Origin: Eledone cirrhosa
Taxonomy: Eukaryota
DNA length: 64,000 nucleotides
Assembly (NCBI GenBank): GCA_964016885.1
Contig: CAXHJY010001125.1
Coordinates: 208,032-272,031 of the forward strand
Direction: 5' to 3'
The notes below the pieces were generated by a model. That model saw nothing but the letters and a program-made list of their open reading frames with translations, was not told the origin of the DNA and made no database searches. The translations under genes were made by a program, and so were the position numbers. Every line of letters begins with the position of its first letter. Within the stretch, counting starts at the first letter, position 1. Positions 14,917-27,878 of this stretch are shown here, in pieces.

Positions 14917-14950
<34 letters not shown>

Positions 14951-14969
14951 ATACATGTATATATATATC

Positions 14970-15200
14970 TTAGTCTTAGATTCTTCCGCGCCGTATGGCA
15001 CATCGAGCAGTAAGTACTCGCCAACGGTCACGATCAGCGGCAACTTTTTCGTGACCGTGCCAGGTGATGTTGGCTGCCATCAGGTCCTTCCGGAACGTTC
15101 GTCACCGGGTGATCCTTGGGCAACCCCGCCTCCGTTTACCGCCAGGCGGAGTCCAGTTCATCGCTGTTTTCGAATGCCATTCATTTGGCAGACGCAGAAT
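14970..15200 (-). mobile_element. RTE-like LINE 3' fragment
   Basis: Minus strand RKTAMNWTPPGGKRRRGCPRIT..RTFRKDL, typical of the RTE ORF C-terminus. Confidence 0.65.
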
Positions 15201-15254
15201 ATGGCCAGAATATGGCCAGAATATGGCCAGGATATGTACGCCTGAACTACCCAG

Positions 15255-15620
15255 CACACACACACATACTTACGCACGTACACAAGTATAACTCTTTTTA
15301 CAAAACGGCTTTTTTTCCATTTCAAGTCGACGCGCTCCATCATCCACTTTTCTAAAAAAACAAATCATACACAAAACGCCAGCACCAACAGTTTTGCAAA
15401 AGATGTCAACATGAATGGACCCGTTATTTTTATCTAAAGACATTTTTTCCAATTCCATCCCGCCCGTCCCCTCAATCTATCTTATTTCTCATTCTTTCTT
15501 CTGATGAAGGACTAGCGTCCGAAACGTTAAGACCCTCTTCCTGCTATATCAAGTGTTAACCTAATATATCCCTTCCATATACTGTACTGATTGTGTTGTT
15601 ATTTCTGTTTACCTTTTACA
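15255..15620 (+). mobile_element. Hammerhead-bearing Penelope-like/retrozyme-like element
   Basis: Hammerhead at 15497, followed by a 3' segment also found inverted at 2297-2365. Ends in (TACA)/(TA)n. Confidence 0.6.
15497..15532 (+). ncRNA. Minimal type I hammerhead ribozyme motif
   Basis: TCTT-CTGATGA-A-[GGAC tagc GTCC]-GAAACGTT-AAGA. Confidence 0.82.
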
Positions 15621-15627
15621 TACATAC

Positions 15628-15689
<62 letters not shown>

Positions 15690-15753
15690 AGCAGTTCTGA
15701 ACATTTGGTTTAACCTGTTCTATCATAAATAGGTCATTGCTTAATATATAAAT

Positions 15754-15784
<31 letters not shown>

Positions 15785-16237
15785 AAACACTATTGATCAA
15801 TGCAAGGAAATATATTGTTTTGTTGTCACTTAATAAAAAAAAATTCAATACCCGAGCAATGTTTTGAAAAATATATTTAGAAAACAAAAACATAACACTA
15901 ACATATTTTACAATAAACTCATAGTAGACATACATATCAGGTTTGGAGTGGTTTTACAACCTTATATTGCAGGCAATAAACTAATATAATCAACTTGTCC
16001 TTCTTTCCAAATGGTTTTATGTCTAAATTAAACACTATTCTTTCTTTTTATTTTAATAAGGTACAAAATTTTACCTTTATTGTCTTTTTACTGTACAAAA
16101 TTTTACCTTTATCCTCTTATTATGGTATAAAATTTTACCTTTATCATTTTATTAAAATACAAAATTTTACCTTTATCTTGTTACGGTACAAAATTTTACC
16201 TTTCAACTAACACTAAATATTTTCTAGAGGCAGCAAA

Positions 16238-16658
16238 CAGATATTGATATAGCAGGTATGAATACAGACAATGTCTTCCAGAGATTAGAGAGAATTGCGT
16301 TCAGTACTGGACTGGTCCTTTTTTTTTTTATCAACCTTGAAAAAAATGAAAGGCAAAGTTGACCTCAGTGGGATTTGACCTCAGATCATAGAGAGCTAAA
16401 ACAAATACTGCAAAGCTTTTTATCCAATCTTCTAATGTATCCAATCTTCTAATGTATCATTAGAAGATTGGATAAAAAGCTTTGCAGTATTTGTTTTAGC
16501 TCTCTATGATCTGAGGTCAAATCCCACTGAGGTCAACTTTGCCTTTCATTTTTTTCAAGGTTGATAAAAAAAAAAAAGGACCAGTCCAGTACTGAACGCA
16601 ATTCTCTCTAATCTCTGGAAGACATTGTCTGCATTCATACCTGCTATATCAATATCTG
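16238..16658. repeat. Near-perfect fold-back inverted duplication containing a SINE fragment
   Basis: About 200-bp arms, almost identical, with a 17-bp direct duplication at the centre. Confidence 0.9.
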
Positions 16659-16859
16659 GCAGAGGTCAACTTAGTCTTTCATCCTTCGAGGTTGATAAAT
16701 GAAATACTAGTCAAGCAACAAGATCGATTTTTTTCCCTACCCCCACCATCACTCTGGATGAAATCTGCTGAAGTCAATCATAGAGATGGATGAAGTTTAC
16801 TAGGTTTTAAATCCCCAAGAAAAGCCATATGTTACAATGAGGTCCCTAGAGCTCCATTA

Positions 16860-17420
16860 AGAGTCACAGGATCAATAAATATAAACCTTGTCTTTCTTGA
16901 ACCACCAACTGAGCCTCTGAGGTCCTTTTAATTCCAATAAGAGTCACAGAATCAATAAATGTGACCTTGTCTTTATTGAACCACCAACTGAGCCTCTGAG
17001 GTCCTTTTAATTCCAATAAGAGTCACAGGATCAATAAATGTGACCTTGTCTTTCTTGAACCACCAACTGAGCCTCTGAGGTCCTTTTAATTCCAATAAGA
17101 GTCACAGAATCAATAAATGTGACCTTGTCTTTATTGAACCACCAACTGAGCCTCTGAGGTCCTTTTAATTCCAATAAGAGTCACAGGATCAATAAATGTG
17201 ACCTTGTCTTTCTTGAACCACCAACTGAGCCTCTGAGGTCCTTTTAATTCCAATAATAGTCACAGAATCAATAAATGTGACCTTGTCTTTCTTGAACCAC
17301 CAACTGAGCCTCTGAAGTCCTTTTAATTCCAATAAGAGTCACAGAATCAATAAATGTGACCTTGTCTTTCTTGAACCACTAACTGAAACTCTGAGGTCCC
17401 TAAAACTCCATTAAGAGTCA
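16860..17420. repeat. 79-bp tandem repeat, about 7 copies
   Basis: aagagtcacagaatcaataaatgtgacc... recurs every 79 bp. Confidence 0.95.
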
Positions 17421-18019
17421 GTGTTTTACGGACAGATACCACTCCTTGCACCAGTCCTTTCAGTTGCCACTTATTATATACAGGAATTCATTAGGAGTGC
17501 ATTAACACAATATTGTCACATGCAAAAGCCATTTGATCAAATGTCAGCTGACCTGATCAAATGTCAGCTGATCACGAGCTAAACAACAGCTGGTTATCTC
17601 ACATAAGCTTCATACCTAAATAGGAAACCTTAAAATGGAGAATATATTGATTAATTAGTATACTGAGAGACATATGGAGTAGTGACCCATTATAGGACAT
17701 TGACTGAACACATCAGTTCACAAACATTAGTTTAACTGTCTGCATATGGCTACATCATCATCATCAACAACAATATCCTTTTCTGTCCTCTTTTCCCAGC
17801 TGTCATTCATAGGTCCTCACAGACAGGTTACTACAGATGGGTCTTCACAGACAGGTTACTACAGATGGGTCCTCACAGACAGGTTACTACAGATGGGTCC
17901 TCACAGACAGCTCTTCAACAGTGGCTCCTCGCAGGCAGGTCATTACAGACAGATCACTACATTTTAATGTGGCAGCAGCACTAGAGACTTGCCATGTTCC
18001 CAGCCAGATTGAAGGGGTA

Positions 18020-18460
18020 TTCTCTACCCTACATTGTCAACCACTTTACAGAGTGTACTGAGTGTATTTTACTGTGGCAGAAGCACTAGAGAGTTGCCAT
18101 GTTCCCAGCCTGGCCAAACAGTCCTCGCTACTCTATATTGTCTGTCAACTACTTTACAGAGTGTACTGAGTGTATTTTACTGTGGCAGAAGCACCAGAGA
18201 GTTGCCATGTTCCCAGCCTGGCCAAACAGTCCTCGCTACTCTATATTGTCTGTCAACTACTTCACAGAGTGTACTGAGTGTATTTTACTGTGGCAGCAGC
18301 ACCAGAGAGTTGCCATGTTCCCAGCCTGGCCAAACAGTCCTCGCTACTCTATATTGTCTGTCAACTACTTTACAGAGTGTACTGGGTGTATTTTACTGTG
18401 GCAGCAGCACTAGAGAGTTTGCCATGTTCCCAGCCAGACTGAAGGGCCCTCTCTACCCTA
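18020..18460. repeat. 108-bp tandem repeat, about 4 copies, derived from family A-like sequence
   Basis: cagagtgtactg at 18049, 18157, 18265. Confidence 0.92.
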
Positions 18461-18520
18461 TGTTGTGACATTATCAACAAGAAAACAAAGACAATAAAAT
18501 AAGAACATTTATTTACTTAC

Positions 18521-18566
18521 ATCTTTGTTTTCCTCTTTGTTTCCATCATAATGTTTGATACAATAC
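18521..18566 (-). CDS. VPS39: VPS39 exon
   Basis: YCIKHYDGNKEENKD. 46 nt, ttctag/gtaagt. Confidence 0.92.
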
Positions 18567-18620
18567 CTAGAAAATAAAATACAACCAAAGATGAAGTTCT
18601 TTATTCAATACTGTTTAATA

Positions 18621-19529
18621 CAGACATGTCAAACTGAGGGTGCCCCAAGAACCACATGGGTCACATGTGTGTTGTCTGAGGGCTACATGGGTCACATGTG
18701 TTGTCTGAGGCCCACATGGGTCACATATGTGTTGTCTGAGGGCCACATGGGTCACATAAGTGTTGTCTGAGGCCCACATGGGTCACATATGTGTTGTCTG
18801 AGGGCCACATGGGTCACATATGTGTTGTCTGAGGGCCACATGGGTCACATAAGTGTTGTCTGAGGGCCACAAGAGCCACATGGGTCACATAAGTGTTGTC
18901 TGAGGGCCACATGGGTCACATATGTGTTGTCTGGGGCCCACATGGGTCACATATGTGTTGTCTGAGGGCCACATATGTGTTGTCTGAGGGCCACATGGGT
19001 CACATAAGTGTTGTCTGAGGCCCACATGGGTCACATATGTGTTGTCTGAGGGCCACATGGGTCACATATGTGTTGTCTGAGGGCCACATGGGTCACATAA
19101 GTGTTGTCTGAGGGCCACAAGAGCCACATGGGTCACATAAGTGTTGTCTGAGGGCCACATGGGTCACATATGTGTTGTCTGGGGCCCACATGGGTCACAT
19201 ATGTGTTGTCTGGGGCCCACATGGGTCACATATGTGTTGTCTGAGGGCCACATGGGTCACATATGTGTTGTCTGAGGGCCACATGGGTCACACACGTGTT
19301 GTCTGAGGGCCACATGGGTCACACACGTGTTGTCTGAGGGCCACATGGGTCACATATGTGTTGTCTGAGGGCCACACACGACAACTAACTGCGCACATTA
19401 CAACTAATATTTTTTTTTATTTTATATTACGAAAATAAAAGATGCTCGCACTGTAAAAACCTTTGTGCCGGCCGCAGGTGTGTTGTAAGGGCCGGATGTG
19501 GCCCGCAGACCTTATGTTTGACATGTCTG
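18621..19529. mobile_element. hAT-type MITE with an internal ~31-bp tandem array (18650-19378)
   Basis: Perfect 14-bp TIR CAGACATGTCAAAC and an 8-bp TSD gtttaata/gtttagta. Confidence 0.85.
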
Positions 19530-21170
19530 GTTTAGTACATAACCATTTCTCTTTAACATGATACTGAAATAAAGTTTAGAGAGTCACTGAGCTGAGAATC
19601 AACATGCTAGAAATAGCAACCAAATATCCCTCAAATCATACTGTTATGTCTTAGAAAAGCACATGAAGTAATATATTGCCTTAGACATTGTGTGCCTAGG
19701 ATGAGAAAGACAGGCTGGACAAGGGTCTGTTGGATCAGAGTTGACTTGGGAGGGGCTTTAAACAATGACTTATAAAGAAATATCTTCTTTCACAAACATT
19801 TTCAATAACCTCACAATAAATACTGGGGTTGAGTTAAACCTTTTGCCATCATCATCATCGTTTAACGTCTATCTTCCACGCTAGCATGGGTTAGACGGGA
19901 GTTGTCCCACTTGAGGCAAGATTGGTCGGGTGACCGTGTCTCGCTCGTATAGGACTAGCTGGCAGGTTTTCTACGGCTGGATGCCCTTCCTAACACCAAC
20001 CACATTTACAGTGTGGACTGGGAGCCTTTTTACCGCGTTTCCTACATGGCCACATTACAGTGTGGACTGGAAGCCTTTTTACCGTGTTACCTACACGACC
20101 ACATTACAGTGTGGACTGGAAGCCTTTTTACCGTGTTTCCTACATGGCCACATTACAGCATGGACTGTGTTTTTTTTTTGTCGTGACACCTACACGACCT
20201 CATTAGTTTGGACTGGATCTTGTGGTACCAACATAACTTTATAGAGAAAGAGTAGTGTTGGCAGTAGGGGTAGTGGGTTGGGGTGAATTTTTGGTTTGGA
20301 GGGGTCTACTGACTGTAGGTTAACTGCACGTAAGGAAGGCGGGACACTCTAAAACTCTCCCTTGTTCTATGATACAGAACTGCTTATTTTGTATTCATCT
20401 AAAAACCTTCCATCATAATTTTATGTAAAAACATTTAAGTTATTATCCAAATACCAACTTATAAAAATGAGAACTTCTGTTATAATCCTTCTCACAGGCA
20501 GTGTGTGTTTCTTTCGTTTTCCTTTCATTCTGGTAGCAGAGTTCTTTCCCCTGTTTGTGTTCTCTTCATGGGAAATGAAAAACTTATTTAACCCTTTAGT
20601 ATTTCCATTACTCTATATTTACTATTATATTTTAATGGTAAAGGCTTTATCTCACATAATATCGAATCTGTGAGTTGAGGGTTAGGAATTCTGGCCAGAT
20701 ACAGATGATGGTGATGATGATGGTGGTAATGATAACAAATGCAGATATAATTATTTCTATATTATTAATAATTACTTCTTTTATAACGATAATTGATCGC
20801 TATAAATCATCATCATCAGTTAACATCCACTTTCCCTCCTTCTAAAAAAAAAAAAAGCCAAGGCCACTAATTAGCTGTATAATCAATACATTATGACCCC
20901 ACCCCCAACCTCTACATTTTACCATTGATCTTTTTTTGAGGGGGTCACATATTCTTCGGCTTATATTTCACCATTGATTTTTTTTTTAGGTGGGAGTCAT
21001 ATTCTTCGGCTTGCAAGGGTGGGATGGGTCCTATTCAGCACAGCATCTCTCCACAGTCCTTCGTCATCTCCTCCGTGAGCTTCAGCAATCTGAGGTCGGC
21101 TCTCACCACCTCCGCCCGTGTTTTTATTCAAGTATATACGGTAAGTGAGATAAAATAAATCTATACTTAC

Positions 21171-21273
21171 TGTTCAGCCAAGTTATGATTGTTGAGAACG
21201 TGGACATAAATAGCAAGAGCTTGTTCATGTCGACCAAGTCGACCAAGTAATATTGCTCGCTCCTCATAGAAAT
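21171..21273 (-). CDS. VPS39: VPS39 exon
   Basis: DFYEERAILLGRLGRHEQALAIYVHVLNNHNLAEQ. 103 nt. Confidence 0.95.
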
Positions 21274-21479
21274 CTAAATAAATGGACAACAGAAATACAT
21301 TAAAATACATTTAATAGAAGCACATACATTACCTTCATCTATAATAAACATATAGAAGTCACGCTATGGGTATTTTAAGCTGTGATCATGTCACAGCTAC
21401 CTCAGTGGCTGAGTATATCAATGCTAAATACTAGTATTTCAGGATCTTGGTTTCTACAGCTGGATGCCCTTCCTAATGC

Positions 21480-21822
21480 CAACCATTTTACAGTGTGGAC
21501 TGGGTACTTTTTGTCATGTCACCAACATGACCACTTTACAGTGTAGACTGTGTACTTTTTGTTGTGTCACCAACACGACCACTTTACAGTGTAGACTGGG
21601 TACTTTTTGTTGTGTCACCAACACGACCACTTTACAGTGTGGACTGGGTTCTTTTTGTCGTGTCACCAACATGACTACTTTACAGTGTAGACTGGGTACT
21701 TTTTGTTGTGTCACCAACACGACCACTTTACAGTGTAGACTGGGTACTTTTGTTGTGTCACCAACACAACCACTTTACAGTGTAGACTGGGTACTTTTGT
21801 TGTGTCACCAACACGACCACTT
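21480..21822. repeat. About 48-bp tandem repeat of a family A segment
   Basis: (ccactttacagtgtagactgggtactttttgttgtgtcaccaacacga)n. Confidence 0.92.
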
Positions 21823-22147
21823 TATAGTATTAAAGTTTTGTTATATTGAAGCTGCATACACACACACACACACACCATAACCATCTTAACAGCCTTGTAA
21901 GCTCCCAAGTAAAGCAATGCACTGGGGTTTCTACAGCATACATAGATTAGCATTGGACCCCTAAATATGGTGGGTCCCTGAGACATTGACATCCTCGTAC
22001 ACGCACACACACACACACACACATTGACACCCCCCACACATTGACACCTCCACACCCTCCACACACAGCGACCCCCCCCCCTTCTCACACTGGCACTCCC
22101 CCCACCCCCACCCCCCACACACACAATCAACCTAATTTGAAACTTAC

Positions 22148-22267
22148 CATCAAGAGGAAAGTAAGACAAAAGTCGTTCTGGTGTGTAATACTGTGAGCTT
22201 TCAAGGAAGGATATTAGTTTACCCTTATATTCTTGAAGTTCCTCAGAAGCTTTTTTATATTCTAGGG
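22148..22267 (-). CDS. VPS39: VPS39 exon
   Basis: SLEYKKASEELQEYKGKLISFLESSQYYTPERLLSYFPLD. 120 nt. Confidence 0.93.
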
Positions 22268-22349
22268 CTGCAAAGAAACGAAAGAAAAAGGCACAAGGAA
22301 ATGTTTCAGTTATAAGAAAACCACAAAATATAATAATATTAGAATTATC

Positions 22350-22555
22350 TTAACCTCCATACTTCCTGAGATTCACCAACACTACACCTGATACCCCCCC
22401 CCCCCCTCCATACACACGCACACCTGTATATCATGACTCATACGCTGTTCACTTTCCTGACATTTCTACATTATTCTATGTACTATACATGCACCTTTGA
22501 TGAGTTGTAGTGCACCTGAGCACTGTACACAATAATTTCATTATTATTATTACTA
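22350..22555 (+). mobile_element. CR1-group LINE 3' end
   Basis: Reverse complement of 25655-25840, with a (TTA)n tail. Confidence 0.7.
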
Positions 22556-23019
22556 GTATTATTCTTGGAGTCTCAGTCATTGATGTTATTTAACTGGAAA
22601 GTTTGTTCAAATGAACATCAAGCCACTACCTGCAGCCTCAGATATTCAGGACGTATCAGAGGGTTGTTGCTGTTCCCAGCAAACATGCCTTATTATTATT
22701 ATTATTATTGTTGTTAGATGAATATAAGAGAACAAGATAATAATTGTTGGATTTGGAAATAAAAGAAAAATAACCAAGTCACAGATATAGCTGTCATCAC
22801 CATCATCATCAGGGCACAGATAAAGCTATCATCATCATAGTTTTAATGTCTACCTTCCCTGCTAGCAAAGGTTGGATGGGTCTACATAGACGGAGTTAGA
22901 ACAGAAATGAGGCTACTGACATACCTGACAGGTTGGGCAGGTATGTATCTCACATACAGTTCCACATTCTACCAAGGGTATCTTATTGTGTCACCTGCAC
23001 TAAAGGGGTTGACATGTCT

Positions 23020-23732
23020 TTGGACACCTTCCCTACCATCAACCCCATCACACCAGGCCACCTTCCTTATCCCATCACACCTGGACACCTTCCCTACCAT
23101 CAACCCCATCACACCTGGCCACCTTCCTTATCCCATCACACCTGGACACCTTCCCTACCATCAACCCCATCACACCTGGCCACCTTCCTTATCCCATCAC
23201 ACCTGGACACCTTCCCTACCATCAACCCCATCACACCTGGCCACCTTCCTTATCCCATCACACCTGGACACCTTCCCTACCATCAACCCCATCACACCTG
23301 GCCACCTTCCTTATCCCATCACACCTGGACACCTTCCCTACCATCAACCCCATCACACCTGGCCACCTTCCTTATCCCATCACACCTGGACACCTTCCCT
23401 ACCATCAACCCCATCACACCTGGCCACCTTCCTTATCCCATCACACCTGGACACCTTCCCTACCATCAACCCCATCACACCTGGCCACCTTCCTTATCCC
23501 ATCACACCTGGACACCTTCCCTACCATCAACCCCATCACACCTGGACACCTTCCCAACCATCAACCCCATCACACCTGGCCACCTTCCCTACCATCAACC
23601 CCATCACACCTGGCCACCTTCCTTATCCCATCACACCTGGACACCTTCCCTACCATCAACCCCATCACACCTGGACACCTTCCCAACCCCATCACACCAG
23701 GACACCTTCCCAACCCCATCACACCTGGACAC
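23020..23732. repeat. 61-bp tandem repeat
   Basis: cacacctggacaccttccctaccatcaaccccatcacacctggccaccttccttatcccat units. Confidence 0.95.
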
Positions 23733-23802
23733 ACCAGATGTTAACAAAACTAATCAGTCTTCCTGTTCAGAATGTGAGAAAAATACTTGAGTGAAAACTT
23801 AC

Positions 23803-23920
23803 AATCAGAATTTAAAGAAGTCCTCATGTGGATTATATCTTGAGACTTTTCTCTGTATAAATTCACCAACAAGTTGTGGAAATCTGTGTTTGTTTCATTC
23901 CAATGTTCCACAATATGTTC
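23803..23920 (-). CDS. VPS39: VPS39 exon
   Basis: EHIVEHWNETNTDFHNLLVNLYREKSQDIIHMRTSLNSD. 118 nt. Confidence 0.93.
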
Positions 23921-24840
23921 CTGGGAGGAGAAATATAAATAGGACCTCAATAAAAGACAAACATATATTATCAGTCAGAAGATATCATTATAACACATGA
24001 TGTGACAACCACATTGTGTTAGACTTGTTTGGGAAGTGGTAATTTGAACATTATGTACTTCGGTATCTTCCTCCCTACCTATTTCTCTTACAGTGTTGAC
24101 AAGACATATTCACCTTCTAGGTGATCAGTAGTTTAATGGCAGCTATCTATATCTATAGCTCTCTAACTTCAGAGAATAAAAACAACATTCATATATCTAC
24201 CAGTCTATCTACATACATATCTGTCTATCTACTTGTCTATATCAATCTACATACATATCTGTCTATCTACTTGTCTATATCAATCTCCCTACCTGTCTAT
24301 CTATAGCTATCTATTAATGTATATTTACCAATGAATCTATCTTTGAACAAGAACAATAATAACAACAAAGACAGACGTTAGATAGCTACATAGATAGAAC
24401 AAAGTCATTTAATTCAGTGGATATATGTTTGATAATTATTAAGGAAAACATGGAAGAAAATTATTGTAATTGATCTAAATGAATGTAAAATGAAACGCAG
24501 CAATGGCCAGAGTGACAAGAGAAAGAAAGTCACGGATAATGGAAGATTCAAGCATCCTTTCATAGAATGATGTATTCAAGGAATTATTAAATTTTTTTTT
24601 TACTATGAACCCCATCATTTTTTATGGGTACTATGTTAGTTGATTTATATAATTGTTTCTATTTTTGGCACAAGGCCAGCAATTATCCCAGTGTATTACT
24701 GGTACTTCAGTTTATCGACCCCCGTAAGGATGAAAGGCCAAGTTGATTTATATAATAATGGCATAAAGGTACACATGATCAGTACATATATATTTCTAAA
24801 GAAACAAAATGTAATTTACACAACAATTAACAGTACTTAC

Positions 24841-24942
24841 TAAATACAAAATGGTAGTTGTGCTGTTAAAATTGGTTGATAAGAATTCCAACACTTTATC
24901 TCTGGGCAAAGACTCAACTTCAGGCATATCTTCTGTAAATAT
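24841..24942 (-). CDS. VPS39: VPS39 exon
   Basis: IFTEDMPEVESLPRDKVLEFLSTNFNSTTTILYL. 102 nt. Confidence 0.95.
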
Positions 24943-25044
24943 CTAAAACAGAAAAAAAAAAATCAACTAATAAACTTTTCTGAATCTATAATATTATTCT
25001 CCTTGTAATGTTTTTGATTATTATGTTTATCAAATACAAGCAGC

Positions 25045-25410
25045 CGAAATGGGGTTCCTCCAAAAGGTCTTTGGAGTGATGTTACACGATAAAGTGCGTA
25101 ACTCAGAGATCAGTGAGTCACTCCAACTCCAGGTAGATCCGTTATTTTTCCGAATTGAGAGATCACAGCTCCGATATTATGGAGGGCATGTGGTTAGAAT
25201 GTCTCAGGAAAGAACTGCTGGACGGACTTTACGGGCAAAACCAGCCGGAAGGAGACCCTGAGCAAGATGGCTGGATAACATCCATGAGCTTGGTTGGTCA
25301 TGCTTGGGGATCCAGCTGGATCAGTTGGAGATGTTTGCTTCTGACAGGACCTGTTGGAGGGAGTGTTTGAGGGCTCTGCTCCTCTCAGGAATAAGTGGGC
25401 GAAGAAGGAA
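25045..25410 (+). mobile_element. RTE-like LINE 3' fragment (related inverted copy about 53135-53700)
   Basis: AEMGFLQKVFGVMLHDKVRNSEI...IERSQLRYYGHVVRM, the RTE C-terminal motif. Confidence 0.8.
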
Positions 25411-25654
25411 GATGTTTATTAAAACATCTTTAACTAGAGAACAAAATTATAGACATAAGATTTTTAATCTAAAAAAGTTTGAATGTTAGATATTTAATAG
25501 CTTTACATATTCAATGAAATTGAAGACATACCACATTCACTCACAAAAATACGACTTGAAAATCAGCAGCTGATATAACTACTAGACTGATTAAACCACA
25601 ATTTAAAATATGGCAGAAAATAGGGTTGAGAGGACTGTTCAGTTATAATAATAA

Positions 25655-26625
25655 TAATAATGAAATTATTGTGTACAGTGCTCAGGTGCACTACAACTCA
25701 TCAAAGGTGCATGTATAGTACATAATGTACAAATGTCAGGGAAGTGAACAGTGTATGAGTCATGATATACATGTGTGCGTGTGTATGGAGGGGGAATATT
25801 AGGTGTAGTGTTGGCGAATATCAGGAAGCATGGAGGTTTTAAAGGATGCAGGTAGTTTGTTCCATGGAGGTTTTAAAGGATGCAGTGTCTCGACAGCTAA
25901 CATCTAATGCAGGGAGTTTGTTCCATGGAGGTTTTAAAGGATGCAGTGTCTTGACAGCTAACAACTGATGCAGGTAGTTTGTTCCATGGAGGTTTTAAAG
26001 GATGCAGTGTCTCGACAGCTAACATCTAATGCAGGGAGTTTGTTCCATGGAGGTTTTAAAGGATGCAGTGTCTCGACAGCTAACAACTGATGCAGGTAGT
26101 TTGTTCCATGGAGGTTTTAAAGGATGCAGTGTCTCGACAGCTAACAACTGATGCAGTGAGTTTGTTCCATGGAGGTTTTAAAGAATGCAGTGTCTCGACA
26201 GCTAACAACTGATGCAGTGAGTTTGTTCCATGGAGGTTTTAAAGGATGCAGTGTCTCGACAGCTAACAACTGATGCAGGTAGTTTGTTCCATGGAGGTTT
26301 TAAAGGATGCAGTGTCTCGACAGCTAACAACTGATGCAGGTAGTTTGTTCCATGGAGCTTTTAAAGGATTCAGTGTCTCGACAGCTAACAACTGATGCAG
26401 GTAGTTTGTTCCATGGAGGTTTTAAAGAATGCAGTGTCTCGACAGCTAACAACTGATGCAGGTAGTTTGTTCCATGCTTCAGCAACTCTGAGCGTGAAAA
26501 AATGTTTCCGAAAGAGTCGTGGGAGCTGTGCTGTTTTCTGATTTTGTTGGCATGCCCACGTGTGTTAGACACATGGAAATCAAAAAGGTACTCAGGGTTG
26601 TTGTTGGCAAGATTAATAATTATGC
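25655..26625 (-). mobile_element. CR1-group LINE 3' end with an internal 61-bp tandem expansion (25850-26475)
   Basis: NTRGHANKIRKQ...WNKLPASVV motifs and a (TTA)n tail. Confidence 0.8.
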
Positions 26626-26806
26626 CAAGACTACGACAACCTCTCTACTGTTGGTGAGCTATATGGTCAACAATCACCCAATACACTCTGTAAAGTGGTT
26701 GATGATAGGAATGGCATCCAGCCATAGGAAATCTGCCAAATAAAGAGTTACGGTAGGACAGTTGTTGAGCTGTGTTGAAGATATGACAACCTCTCTAGTG
26801 CTAGTG

Positions 26807-27284
26807 TCTTAATATAAGTAAGGAGTGCAGGACTGCGTACAGTTTATAATTTTTTATCCCATTAGTAAAATAAGTTGGATTACTTTGACTAAATAATAAA
26901 TGAATATTACATAATTTATCTACTAAATTTTGTGTCTGTTGATTAAATATATTTTATTGTTTATTTAAAGATTCATTTCTTTAAAATTTTCAAATGTCAA
27001 CACTTCTGGTTAGCAATCGCTTAAATAAACATACGTATATTTCCGTCACTAATTTTCTCCTAATGCAGTTTATATATAATATCGTCTTTTTTTAATGTAT
27101 CATGGATTACGTTACTGATTACATAAGAGAATGTCACACAGTCTTCGTTCAATTTCTGTTTATATTGTCAATTACGATTTTATTTGATGTATCATATCTA
27201 CATGTATATATACTTGTGTATAATATCAATATACACACTACACATGCTAGCAGAAAACCACCCGAAGGGTGGTTTTTCTGCTAG
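26807..27284 (+). mobile_element. Non-autonomous Helitron-like element, copy 1
   Basis: 5' TC start; 3' hairpin ccacccgaagggtgg followed by CTAG|T. Homologous to 27879-28370. Confidence 0.55.
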
Positions 27285-27371
27285 TTATGTTAATATCAAG
27301 AAACTTGCTGACAGAGAAAACTAACATAAAACATTGTTGAATATTTCTCCATAACAATGAGCAACACTTAC

Positions 27372-27445
27372 AGAGAGTCCTTCTGTGGGATCTTTCTGTA
27401 ACACCCCAGCCGAATATTCAAATATCAAATCAATATGAGCTGGAC
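27372..27445 (-). CDS. VPS39: VPS39 exon
   Basis: GPAHIDLIFEYSAGVLQKDPTEGLS. 74 nt. Confidence 0.92.
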
Positions 27446-27750
27446 CTGAAAAGATAATTTCAAACATTATTTAATCTGTGTTATCATTCATAACTCTAAT
27501 AATTCTAGATACAGTGAGGAATTCATTTTAAATTGATCCCAGTGTGTTACTGGTAATTTATTTTTTTCCGCCAATGAAATAATATAACTAAGAAAAACCA
27601 TGATTTTTTATGTGATTTGGTGAAAGGTTTATTGCTACAACAGAAAATATATTAAAGGCTAACTATGACTAGTTTAAAGCACCACTTATTCTTGAGAGGG
27701 TCATGGGTGCTGAGTAGAAAAATTGTAAAGAAAATTGTAAAGAAACAAAC

Positions 27751-27840
27751 CTAAATGCTGGAGGTATTCTACTATCCCTTCTTGACCACTGTGAAGGGAA
27801 GAAGCAGGTCGACAGGCTTGTTGCATCAATAGGGATAAAG
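27751..27840 (-). CDS. VPS39: VPS39 exon
   Basis: ALSLLMQQACRPASSLHSGQEGIVEYLQHL. 90 nt. Confidence 0.92.
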
Positions 27841-27878
27841 CTGTAAATAATAAAATGTATTGTGATCATGGTAAATAG

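Larger units (their letters stand above)
14588..14918. mobile_element. Palindromic Penelope-like (pLTR/retrozyme-like) element
   Basis: About 155-bp inverted arms, each with a hammerhead motif. Ends in (TA)n. Related single arm at about 10280-10430. Confidence 0.65.

Noticed and set aside
27247-27284. Hairpin plus T-run resembling a rho-independent terminator
   Set aside because: Eukaryotic context. Better explained as a Helitron-like 3' end, and it is duplicated at 28333-28370.
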